From a bacterium (GTDB taxonomy: Bacteria; Bacillota_I; Bacilli_A; RFN20; CAG-826), in contig CAVFKA010000002.1 in the NCBI GenBank assembly GCA_963623195.1, positions 15,997 through 79,996 on the forward strand: 64,000 nucleotides of DNA. Direction: 5' to 3'. Under the pieces are notes generated by a model, which saw only the letters and a list, made by a program, of their open reading frames with translations, ran no database searches and was not told the DNA's origin. How positions within the stretch are numbered: position 1 is the first letter of the stretch; the number at the start of each line of letters is the position of its first letter. Below are positions 56,029-64,000 of this stretch, piece after piece. The position numbers and the translations under genes were made by a program.

Positions 56029-57426
56029 ATGTTTAGGGGGTTCTTATCTGACAAGAAAAAGCTTTTTGATTTTGGGCTAGTCGCTTTATTTTTGTTCGCA
56101 ATTTCTTATTTTTTTCTTGGAAAAGCCTCATATGGCGCCAATGGAGCCCCTTATTTCAATGATATTGAGTTCTTTATTTTTGGATGTTTACTTTTATGTA
56201 TTAATTCAGCAATTTTGTTTGTTTCAATCAAGATAAAAGAGATAGAAATAAACAAATGGCTTGCAATGTTTTGCTTGTTTTTCTTTTTGACTTCCTTGAT
56301 TTCTATAATTGGATTTTCAGGCGTTAATTTTGAAGGCGAAATAATTGGAAAAATTGGCTTTGTTTCCAAATTAAGATCTGTATTCTTGTCATTCCTTTTG
56401 TTCTATTCGATTTACATTATTCTTTCGATTATTCCAAGGTATGTAGCAGATTTGAAAATAATAAAACTTGTATTCTATTTAGCAATATTTATAGCGGTTA
56501 TCGCAATAATTTATTCGTTTATTTTTGAAGGGCAAATCTATAATGATTTCTTTAACAACAATGTAGAAGAAGCAGTTTACGCTTTAAAGGTTCCACAAAG
56601 CTTTACAGGACATAGAAATGTATATGGTTTTATTCTTTTTGCTGGAATGATTGGAGAAGGATACCTAGAAATAGAAAAGCCTCATTGGTGGAGACTTCCA
56701 TTAATGTCATTTTTCCTTTTGCAGCAATTCTTTACTTTCTCTAAAACTTGCATGATTCTAGGAACCTTCTTTTTGGCTTTTATTTTTGTTTATTCCCTAA
56801 CTATGAATTTAAGGAAAAACAACTACACGCATGCCTTATTTTTAGGAATTTATATTGTTATTTTGTCGATAATTATCGTGGTTTGTCTCTTTGCTAATTT
56901 TAGTGATTCGCCATTTGCTTTTATCACAAATTATTCGACGTTTTTGAAGTCAGAATTATTCAATATGTTTAGCGCATCGATGCATTCAAGGGAGACGTCT
57001 TGGACATTACCGATGGATGCTACAGGTAACACATCTTTATTTTCCGTTTTCTTTGGCTTTGGATATGGAAACGAATATCATGCCTTAGGCGCTTATGCTT
57101 TCGGAGATTCAAATATATTCCCAATTATTGATAACGCTTGGGGCTTAATGTTTGCTCAAAATGGTGTATTTGGAATGGCATATGGATCGCTTCTTTGGGC
57201 TATAGGTCCTTATTTGATTTACAAGTCTTTTAGAAGGAACAAACAATTTGCTTTATTTTATTTGGCGGTTTATCTTTGCCTTTTAGGACGCACTTTCACT
57301 GAAAATGATACTCTTTCGTATCTTGATTACTCAGGTACGGCATATTTCTGTTTACTCTATCTTCCTCTCCTTGTTGAAGAGGTTAATTCATCATTAGAAA
57401 AAAGATGCAATTTAGATGAAATATAA
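56029..57426 (+). CDS. Polytopic membrane protein, possibly an O-antigen ligase or Wzy-like polymerase
   Basis: 465 aa with about 12 TM helices and a large loop. The assignment rests on topology and surface-glycan gene context only. Confidence 0.4.
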   Translation: MFRGFLSDKKKLFDFGLVALFLFAISYFFLGKASYGANGAPYFNDIEFFIFGCLLLCINSAILFVSIKIKEIEINKWLAMFCLFFFLTSLISIIGFSGVNFEGEIIGKIGFVSKLRSVFLSFLLFYSIYIILSIIPRYVADLKIIKLVFYLAIFIAVIAIIYSFIFEGQIYNDFFNNNVEEAVYALKVPQSFTGHRNVYGFILFAGMIGEGYLEIEKPHWWRLPLMSFFLLQQFFTFSKTCMILGTFFLAFIFVYSLTMNLRKNNYTHALFLGIYIVILSIIIVVCLFANFSDSPFAFITNYSTFLKSELFNMFSASMHSRETSWTLPMDATGNTSLFSVFFGFGYGNEYHALGAYAFGDSNIFPIIDNAWGLMFAQNGVFGMAYGSLLWAIGPYLIYKSFRRNKQFALFYLAVYLCLLGRTFTENDTLSYLDYSGTAYFCLLYLPLLVEEVNSSLEKRCNLDEI

Positions 57427-57486
57427 ATACACGCATCCCCTCTTTTTGTAATTTTGATATGAAAAAATCCTCACAGGCGGAGGATT

Positions 57487-57888
57487 CTAACGAACGTAAT
57501 ATAATGAGAGAACGTGTTTCAATTCTTCGTTGGAGAAGGAGGGGTTTGCTAAATCATAAGCGAATGGCTTGAACTCTTCCGAGAACAATTCTTCATATAT
57601 CTCATCTGCCCCATTTTCCCATTTCTTAAATGGATCTTCTTTTGATGAATCGTAAATTAGAAGAGGCAATACCCTTAAATGAGGAGTACTTGAACGTTTC
57701 AACTCACTATCTATCCAAGGGAACTTTTCGTTCAATTCATCTAATGTGACATTGGTTAAATCTAAGAAATAAAGATCGTTATCGTTTATCTCTTTTTCAA
57801 CTAAATTAATTTCAAATCCGCCATCTTTTAATGATGAGATTAATTTTTCATTTGGGTTTACTGATGCAATATAAATTTTGTTTTCCAT
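57487..57888 (-). CDS. Hypothetical protein, 133 aa
   Basis: ORF with a downstream terminator hairpin (aatcctc/gaggatt plus T-run on the minus strand). Confidence 0.5.
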   Translation of the reverse strand: MENKIYIASVNPNEKLISSLKDGGFEINLVEKEINDNDLYFLDLTNVTLDELNEKFPWIDSELKRSSTPHLRVLPLLIYDSSKEDPFKKWENGADEIYEELFSEEFKPFAYDLANPSFSNEELKHVLSLYYVR

Positions 57889-57988
57889 AGGCTTATTATA
57901 TAGGTAATTCGTTATTATAAATAAAAGAAATTTATCCTATTAAAAAGATCGTTTATAATAATTGATGTTGACGAAAGGAAAATTTTAA

Positions 57989-58696
57989 ATGGTCAAATTA
58001 GTATTAATTAGACATGGTCAATCCGAGTGGAATTTAAAAAACCTTTTCACTGGTTGGACCGATGTCGAACTTAGCGAACAAGGCGTTAAAGAAGCTCATG
58101 AAGCAGGAAAACTCTTAAAAGAAAAAGGATATTCTTTCGATCTTGCTTTCAGCTCCGTCTTAAAGAGAGCAAATCATACGATGGATTATGCCTTAGAAGA
58201 AATGGGCGAAACATCCATTCCTAAGTCCTATACATGGAGATTAAATGAACGTCACTATGGCGCTTTACAAGGCTTAAACAAAGCTGAATCTGCTGAAAAA
58301 TGGGGTGCCGAACAAGTTCATATCTGGAGAAGAAGTGCTGACGTACCACCTCTCCCATTAACAAAAGATGATGAAAGATGGCCAGGCAATCAAGAAAAAT
58401 ACAAAGAATTAATTGCCAAAGGCGAAATGACAATCGAAGATTGCCCATTAACAGAATGCTTAATTGATACAGCAAATCGTGTCAAACCATATTTTGATAC
58501 AAAGATTGCTCCAGAAATCAAAGCTGGCAAAAAGGTCTTAATCGCTGCCCATGGTAACTCATTACGTTCAATCGTTATGATGTTAGAAAACTTAACACCA
58601 GAGCAAATCATTTCTGTTGAAATCCCAACAGGAAAACCACTTGTCTATGAATTAGACGAAAAAGACCTCAAAGTCTTAAATAAATACTATTTATAA
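57989..58696 (+). CDS. gpmA: 2,3-bisphosphoglycerate-dependent phosphoglycerate mutase
   Basis: LVLIRHGQSEWNLKNLFTGWTDVELSEQG, the His-phosphatase superfamily signature. Confidence 0.9.
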   Translation: MVKLVLIRHGQSEWNLKNLFTGWTDVELSEQGVKEAHEAGKLLKEKGYSFDLAFSSVLKRANHTMDYALEEMGETSIPKSYTWRLNERHYGALQGLNKAESAEKWGAEQVHIWRRSADVPPLPLTKDDERWPGNQEKYKELIAKGEMTIEDCPLTECLIDTANRVKPYFDTKIAPEIKAGKKVLIAAHGNSLRSIVMMLENLTPEQIISVEIPTGKPLVYELDEKDLKVLNKYYL

Positions 58697-58710
58697 TTTT
58701 GAAATCATTA

Positions 58711-58745
58711 AAGCCTCTCACCAATAACAATGAGAGGCTTTTTTC
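58711..58745. terminator. Bidirectional rho-independent terminator
   Basis: 10-bp stem aagcctctca/tgagaggctt with loop ccaataacaa, then TTTTTC. Confidence 0.7.
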
Positions 58746-59999
58746 TTATTTGAAAGATTTAAGTTTCCCAAGCAAATCCTTCATAGCCACGCTAATAAGG
58801 ATTGTTAGTGGACTTAAATTATAGAAATAACGGGCATGTTTAGCTTTGTGCCCTGCTTTATATGAGTTATATAAATACCCAATGAATGCAGGATATTCGT
58901 TTTTGTTTAATGCCCTGTTGCCTTTGACTTCCAAGAACTTTTTCATATCCTTTTCATTCTTGATGATTTTCATGCATTCTTTTCTGCATTCTTTTGTAAA
59001 GGCATCGATGTCGTATTCGACATACGGAGATACTTTTAAAATCTTTCCGACAATTTCTAATGTAGCAATAAAGGCGTCTTTCGATGTTTTGCAATCGTAT
59101 CCTTCTTTAAGAAGAAGCTTATTTATCTTTTTCCATAAAAGAGGGTCATCTTCAACACACTCTCTTAAGAAGTCGTCCGCAATATTTTCGAATCCTTCCA
59201 AAGAGGAGAAGGTGTAGTATCTTCCTAAAGCATCGCCAAAGGCTTTCTTTGCATCGAAGTAGCCTATTTGGAGGTTATTCATGATAGTTTCATGCTTGAA
59301 ATCCATGATCCATCCAAGATCAACTACTGATGAAATCGTCTTAACGAATGGCAATTCTGTTAATTCTAGATGTTGGGGAACAGGTGGGTAGGATTTCAAT
59401 TTAACTGCGACAATTTGAGTTGCACCCATCTTGATTGCTAAATCGATTGGAAGGTTATCGGAGAATCCTCCATCAACATATTTTTGTTTCCCTATTTTTG
59501 TAACAGGGAAGATTGGCCAACAAGCACTAGATGCTTGGAGAAAAGGAATGATTTCCTCTTCCTTCATGTCATCTGTTGTTAAGTTAACCTGTTTCATTGA
59601 AGGATATTTAGTTGTTACTATGCCAAGTTTAACTTTGCTGTTTTTCACTTTCTTAGCATCACAATAATGATTGAGAAGCTTTATAAATGGTGCATTGTCG
59701 GCACCTGCATTTTTGATATAAGAACCAGCAAAGGCTAAAGCACGTGCAGGCGTAAAGTTTTCAAAACCTTTTCTCCCAATGTTAATACCATTATTCATGA
59801 CATCATTCATCGATACATGGTCCCAAAGGTCATAACATTTATCATAGTCGCCGGAAACATACATCGCACCGATTAAGGCACCAATAGAAGTACCAGTCAC
59901 TATATCAAAATGAATATTTTTTTCTTCGAAGTATTTCCACACTCCAACTTCATAGGATCCTAGCGATCCTCCACCACATAAAACCAACGCTTTGCTCAT
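58746..59999 (-). CDS. Patatin-like phospholipase
   Basis: Gly-rich loop GGGSLGSY and nucleophile elbow GTSIGA (GxSxG). Confidence 0.8.
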   Translation of the reverse strand: MSKALVLCGGGSLGSYEVGVWKYFEEKNIHFDIVTGTSIGALIGAMYVSGDYDKCYDLWDHVSMNDVMNNGINIGRKGFENFTPARALAFAGSYIKNAGADNAPFIKLLNHYCDAKKVKNSKVKLGIVTTKYPSMKQVNLTTDDMKEEEIIPFLQASSACWPIFPVTKIGKQKYVDGGFSDNLPIDLAIKMGATQIVAVKLKSYPPVPQHLELTELPFVKTISSVVDLGWIMDFKHETIMNNLQIGYFDAKKAFGDALGRYYTFSSLEGFENIADDFLRECVEDDPLLWKKINKLLLKEGYDCKTSKDAFIATLEIVGKILKVSPYVEYDIDAFTKECRKECMKIIKNEKDMKKFLEVKGNRALNKNEYPAFIGYLYNSYKAGHKAKHARYFYNLSPLTILISVAMKDLLGKLKSFK

Positions 60000-60095
60000 A
60001 TGAAAACATTATATAGAAAGAGTGAAAAATAATAAATCTAGTATTTAATACGAGATGTGCTTGCAATTGAAACGAGAACACCTTATTATAATGCC

Positions 60096-60764
60096 ATGAG
60101 CACAAAAGAAATCACATTACCAAATTACACAGAAAACCAAGAAATCGCTAATTCACTCTCCCATGCCGTTGGAGTTCTTCTTTGCTTATTAGGATTTCCC
60201 TTCCTCATCGTTAAAGCGGCACAAAGCCATGACGTATGGGCTATCGTTGCATCATCGATATTTTTCTTTGGCGCATTGATTACATATTTAGGCTCAGCAA
60301 TATATCATGGTCTCCCTAAATGCGATGCAAAAAAAGTCTGGAGAGTCATGGATCATTGCAACATTTTCTTCTTAATTATTGGCACGTATTCTCCATATTG
60401 CCTTGTTGCTCTTAGAAATTATTCTTTAGGGTGGGCTTTCTCCATTTATGGAGTGGTTATCTTTTTTGGAATTGCAGGCATTATATTAAATGCAATTGAT
60501 ATTAAGAAATTCGCCATTCTTTCGATGATTGATTATCTTTTCACTGGTTGGGCAATCATCATTTCTTTCTATCCATTAACCGCCTCCATTGGCTTTATGA
60601 ACGGAACATTCTTACTCTTATTAGGTGGAATTTCTTATACGATTGGTGCCGTTTTATATGGTATTGGTGGCAAAAAGAACCAATGGTTCCATTTCATCTT
60701 CCATCTATTCGTATTAGTTGGAACAATGTTGATGTTCTTCTCCATTTATTTCTACGTTATCTAA
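60096..60764 (+). CDS. Hemolysin III / PAQR-family channel protein
   Basis: Seven TM helices with the HlyIII-type His motifs (SHAVG..., HGLPK, HFIFH). Start is placed at the first in-frame ATG (MSTKEITLPNY); the ORF track's upstream GTG (60057) has no RBS. Confidence 0.75.
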   Translation: MSTKEITLPNYTENQEIANSLSHAVGVLLCLLGFPFLIVKAAQSHDVWAIVASSIFFFGALITYLGSAIYHGLPKCDAKKVWRVMDHCNIFFLIIGTYSPYCLVALRNYSLGWAFSIYGVVIFFGIAGIILNAIDIKKFAILSMIDYLFTGWAIIISFYPLTASIGFMNGTFLLLLGGISYTIGAVLYGIGGKKNQWFHFIFHLFVLVGTMLMFFSIYFYVI

Positions 60765-60821
60765 ATAGAATATTTAGTTATGACCCTAAAATGGTTATAA
60801 TAACCAGGCTAGGATGTAGCT

Positions 60822-61295
60822 ATGAGCAAAAAGAAAGATAATTCCGTATTATTAGAAAATAGAAGAGCAGGTTTCGAATATTTCTTAAGCGATTTCATGA
60901 GTGCCGGATTAGTCCTAACCGGAACTGAGATCAAATCATTAAGAAGACATGACGCCAATATAACTGATGCATATATCATGCTTAAGAATGGCGAAGCTTT
61001 CGTCATAAACATGCATATTGCTCCATATAAAGAAGGAAATATCTTCAATGTCGATCATCTTAGAGACCGTAAGCTTTTGTTAACAAGAACGGAACTTGCT
61101 AAGCTAAAAAGAAAGTTAACTGCAACAGGAAATACATGCGTTCCAACTAAACTTTTCTTATCTCATGGATACGCTAAACTTGAAATAGCGGTTGCTAAAG
61201 GTAAAAAACTTCACGATAAGCGTGACGCTTTAAAAGAAAAAGATTTAAAACGTTCAGAAGAAAAAGGACGTTCAATAAAAGATTATTTGGACTAG
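60822..61295 (+). CDS. smpB: SsrA-binding protein
   Basis: SmpB fold with its C-terminal basic tail; 157 aa. Confidence 0.9.
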   Translation: MSKKKDNSVLLENRRAGFEYFLSDFMSAGLVLTGTEIKSLRRHDANITDAYIMLKNGEAFVINMHIAPYKEGNIFNVDHLRDRKLLLTRTELAKLKRKLTATGNTCVPTKLFLSHGYAKLEIAVAKGKKLHDKRDALKEKDLKRSEEKGRSIKDYLD

Positions 61296-61298
61296 TTT

Positions 61299-62537
61299 AT
61301 GAATTACCCTGAAATCGTTGAATACATAAAAACAGTAGAAGGGGAAGATGAACTAGGAGATAACTCCGCTTGGTTATCCTTTGTTAGGAAAAACAATATA
61401 TCAATTCAATTCCCATATATTCATATTACTGGCAGCAATAATAAGGAGAATGTCTCCAATTATCTTTTTCACATATATGACAATGGAACATACAACGTCG
61501 GTTATTTTACCCACGAGAAAGAAACCCCATATCTTGAAAGAATTAAAATATCTGGTGGACATATTCCTGAAGCATCCTTCACAGAGATTTTTAATCGTTA
61601 TGAAAAGGCGATAATTGATACACGCCTAAGCTCTTTTGAGATTTTGACTCTTATATGTATCACTTATTTCAATGAAGAAAACGTTTCTCTTGGAATCATT
61701 GAAACATTACTAGGTGGCCTATATGATCCAACGAATGTTCCATCAAACAAATGCCTTTTGTCTATTATTTCATCGATCTCATTGGAACATACGGATATTT
61801 TAGGAACATCGATGTCGGAGATTGCTATTCAAAAGGCGGGCATCATTAAAGAAAGGTCCAAGGTTTTGATTTCTAAGTTCGATGAGAATGCGACAGATAT
61901 AATTCGTAATGAATGTCAGAAGAAACAAAGCGAGCTAACGATTGTTGATTCTTACCACTTTGAGACATATAGCGATCCTCATTATCGTTTTACCTACACC
62001 CCATATCAAAACATCGAGATTCTTTCTCCTTCAAAATCGGTCTTAGATGCGGCCTCCTTAGCCCTAGAAACCATAAAGATCCTACAAGAAACCTATCCTA
62101 TTGATGAGCATTACTTAAGAAAGAGCATGGAAAGAAAGCCTTTACCATGTCGTTTGGAGAAGCTTCATAACGTCTTTGTCGATGAAGGCCATAACGCAGA
62201 AGGAATAGATTCTTTAATGGCTTCTCTTCCAAACGTTCAAAAAGATAAAAAACTTCATGTTTTGTTTGCTACATTGCGTGACAAAAACATCTCACGCATG
62301 CTTTCTTCTTTAGGAAAAGATGGTGCTGAAATAGTCTTAACGACGTTTGATAATCCAAACGCAAAAGATGAAATGGATTATTTCCTTTATATCGCCGATT
62401 ATTCTTATCAAGCTGATTGGAAAATAGCTCTCAGCAATCTTATCAATACACATAAAGATGACGTTATATTGGTTACTGGGTCCCGCGAATTTGCATATAT
62501 GGCAAGGGAATATCTCTCAAAGGTTCTTCATTTATGA
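61299..62537 (+). CDS. FolC/Mur-ligase-family protein with a degenerate P-loop
   Basis: Mur ligase middle and C-terminal domains are recognisable. The ATP P-loop reads ITGSNNKENVS instead of GTNGKGS. Confidence 0.65.
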   Translation: MNYPEIVEYIKTVEGEDELGDNSAWLSFVRKNNISIQFPYIHITGSNNKENVSNYLFHIYDNGTYNVGYFTHEKETPYLERIKISGGHIPEASFTEIFNRYEKAIIDTRLSSFEILTLICITYFNEENVSLGIIETLLGGLYDPTNVPSNKCLLSIISSISLEHTDILGTSMSEIAIQKAGIIKERSKVLISKFDENATDIIRNECQKKQSELTIVDSYHFETYSDPHYRFTYTPYQNIEILSPSKSVLDAASLALETIKILQETYPIDEHYLRKSMERKPLPCRLEKLHNVFVDEGHNAEGIDSLMASLPNVQKDKKLHVLFATLRDKNISRMLSSLGKDGAEIVLTTFDNPNAKDEMDYFLYIADYSYQADWKIALSNLINTHKDDVILVTGSREFAYMAREYLSKVLHL

Positions 62538-63319
62538 AAAAAGAATTCAAACAAGTTGAGAAGGTCACTCTTGCGGCCATGCTTTTAGCCGTATCCGTAA
62601 TATTGGGGATGTTCACTAAGATGATTTCCATACCCCACCTTTCTTTCATAAGTATTTCCTTCACGCCTGCAATTGTTGTATTTGCTTCCTTGGTTCTTGG
62701 CCCAATTTATGGAGCGGTTGTTGGAGGACTAGCGGACTTAATCCCTGCGCTTATCATGCCTACTGGGGCATACAATTTCTTACTGACAATCGTTTTCATC
62801 CTTCTTGGAATATTTCCTTGGTTGATGGAAAAGATAACAAAGAAAATAAGAAACAACTTCCCGTTTACGTATGTTGTCATTTTCCTTCTCTTATGCGTTC
62901 TAGGAACAGAAATTTATTTCTTCTATGGAACCGATATCTTAGATAAGAGACTCTCTTATTACACGCCATATATCAAAATAATCATTCTATGCCTATCCGC
63001 TTTTATGGATATAGTCACCATTGTTGGACTCATACTTTCCGATAAATATTACAAAAACAAGCAAGAGAAATTCTCCTCTATGCCTAAGCCTGGTGAGTTG
63101 GCCTTTATATCTTTCTTCTTGGTTGTTGGATTATTGGTATTCCTTAAGGGCTTAGCGTATTACTTATATTTCATTCTCATTTCTTCAACAGGATATAAGG
63201 TTGCATACGAAGTCATAGTTTCTATGTTATGCATCTCGGCTCCATTAGACATCTTGCTGATTGACGCAATCGTACCAGCACTGTTGTTACTTTATTCAAA
63301 AAAAGCACATACAAATTAA
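62534..63319 (+). CDS. ECF-transporter S component (folate/FolT-like family), extended
   Basis: N-terminal helices resemble ECF S components (TLAAMLLAVSVILGMF...). It is ATGA-coupled to the FolC-like gene. 261 aa is longer than typical FolT. Confidence 0.55.
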   Translation: MKKEFKQVEKVTLAAMLLAVSVILGMFTKMISIPHLSFISISFTPAIVVFASLVLGPIYGAVVGGLADLIPALIMPTGAYNFLLTIVFILLGIFPWLMEKITKKIRNNFPFTYVVIFLLLCVLGTEIYFFYGTDILDKRLSYYTPYIKIIILCLSAFMDIVTIVGLILSDKYYKNKQEKFSSMPKPGELAFISFFLVVGLLVFLKGLAYYLYFILISSTGYKVAYEVIVSMLCISAPLDILLIDAIVPALLLLYSKKAHTN

Positions 63320-63427
63320 GAAAAAGACCGCATTTCATCAAAAAAATTGTTAAATTTGAAAAAAATAGGTGAAATTTCATTGATTTTGCGTATAGTGACC
63401 CCATAACCACATCAAGGAGATATTTTT

Positions 63428-63790
63428 ATGGCTATCATCGACATCGAAAGGTCTGATCACTCCATAATTAAATGTGATACAGACAAACACACACTCTCTT
63501 ACTTCCGTTACCACGTGAAGTTCACGCCTTTAGAATGGAAGATAATCAAAAAGTTATATGAGGAGAGACCAAAATTCGTCAAAAGAGAGGAATTGGTAGC
63601 TATCGTATGGTCTACGGATGTTTCGAAAGCCAAATATGAAAAACTCAAAGAGTCAGGTAAACGATACCCGACTAGAACTATTGATGTGCACATTTCTTCT
63701 ATCCGAAAAAAACTAGATTACATCAAAGGAGCAAGGATCGATTCCATTTATGGACAAGGATATCGATTGCTGATGCTCAATAGATTTTAA
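63428..63790 (+). CDS. Stand-alone OmpR/PhoB-type winged-helix DNA-binding protein
   Basis: Trans_reg_C signature (...REELVAIVWS...TIDVHISSIRKKL...GQGYRL) with no receiver domain; 120 aa. Confidence 0.7.
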   Translation: MAIIDIERSDHSIIKCDTDKHTLSYFRYHVKFTPLEWKIIKKLYEERPKFVKREELVAIVWSTDVSKAKYEKLKESGKRYPTRTIDVHISSIRKKLDYIKGARIDSIYGQGYRLLMLNRF

Positions 63791-63795
63791 AAATT

Positions 63796-63818
63796 GAAGG
63801 GTTCAACCCTTCTTTTTT
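63796..63818 (+). terminator. Rho-independent terminator
   Basis: gaaggg / cccttc stem with loop ttcaa, then TTTTTTG. Confidence 0.6.
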
Positions 63819-63833
63819 GTTGTAAAATAATAA

Positions 63834-64000
<167 letters not shown>

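Noticed and set aside
60085-60098. TATAAT box 5 nt upstream of the hemolysin III ATG, suggesting a leaderless mRNA
   Set aside because: A single hexamer in AT-rich DNA carries little weight, and a GTG-initiated longer ORF is an alternative. It was not reported as a finding.

Overview
This 64 kb window is AT-rich (roughly one-third GC by eye) chromosomal DNA from a low-GC Bacillota-type organism. Several features are Mollicute-like: very large OppA, OppD and OppF proteins with internal insertions, many lipoproteins, and lysine-rich tails on housekeeping proteins. It uses the standard genetic code, because TGA terminates genes in several ATGA start/stop overlaps. An Erysipelotrichia- or Acholeplasma-like lineage is an inference only. 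The content is mostly housekeeping and metabolic. A replication/maintenance cluster runs dnaX-ybaB-recR-tmk-holB-ricT-rsmI on the minus strand. Downstream sits prfA-prmC-tsaC-rpiB, then a translationally coupled gatC-gatA-gatB-hypothetical-galE chain. Further genes are gpmA, smpB, nadK, a small heat-shock protein behind a textbook CIRCE operator, an NfnAB-like ferredoxin:NADP oxidoreductase pair, an Fe-alcohol dehydrogenase, an M24 peptidase, a GH2 hydrolase, a patatin-like lipase and a hemolysin III family protein. A cell-surface set contains a YfhO-like giant membrane protein, a putative Wzy/O-antigen-ligase-like protein and an alpha/beta hydrolase. Accessory-looking parts stand out. A five-gene Opp peptide importer on the minus strand is flanked by two lipoproteins, one of them an HEXXH zinc metalloprotease. 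A two-gene arginine-to-putrescine route starts with a decarboxylase fused to an agmatine deiminase, followed by N-carbamoylputrescine amidase. A PIN-like nuclease domain is fused to a long lysine/glutamate-rich tail next to a membrane-anchored XRE regulator and an orphan HypB-type nickel GTPase. An AlbA_2/HATPase_c_4-type putative regulator is preceded by four phased direct repeats. A 700 bp gene-decay scar holds a CPCC-family remnant. A lone RelB/DinJ-like antitoxin has no toxin partner. A FolC-like ligase with a degenerate P-loop is coupled to an ECF folate-type S component. A stand-alone OmpR-type winged-helix protein lies upstream of a GH13 glucosidase. I found no rRNA, tRNA, CRISPR array, transposase or integrase.
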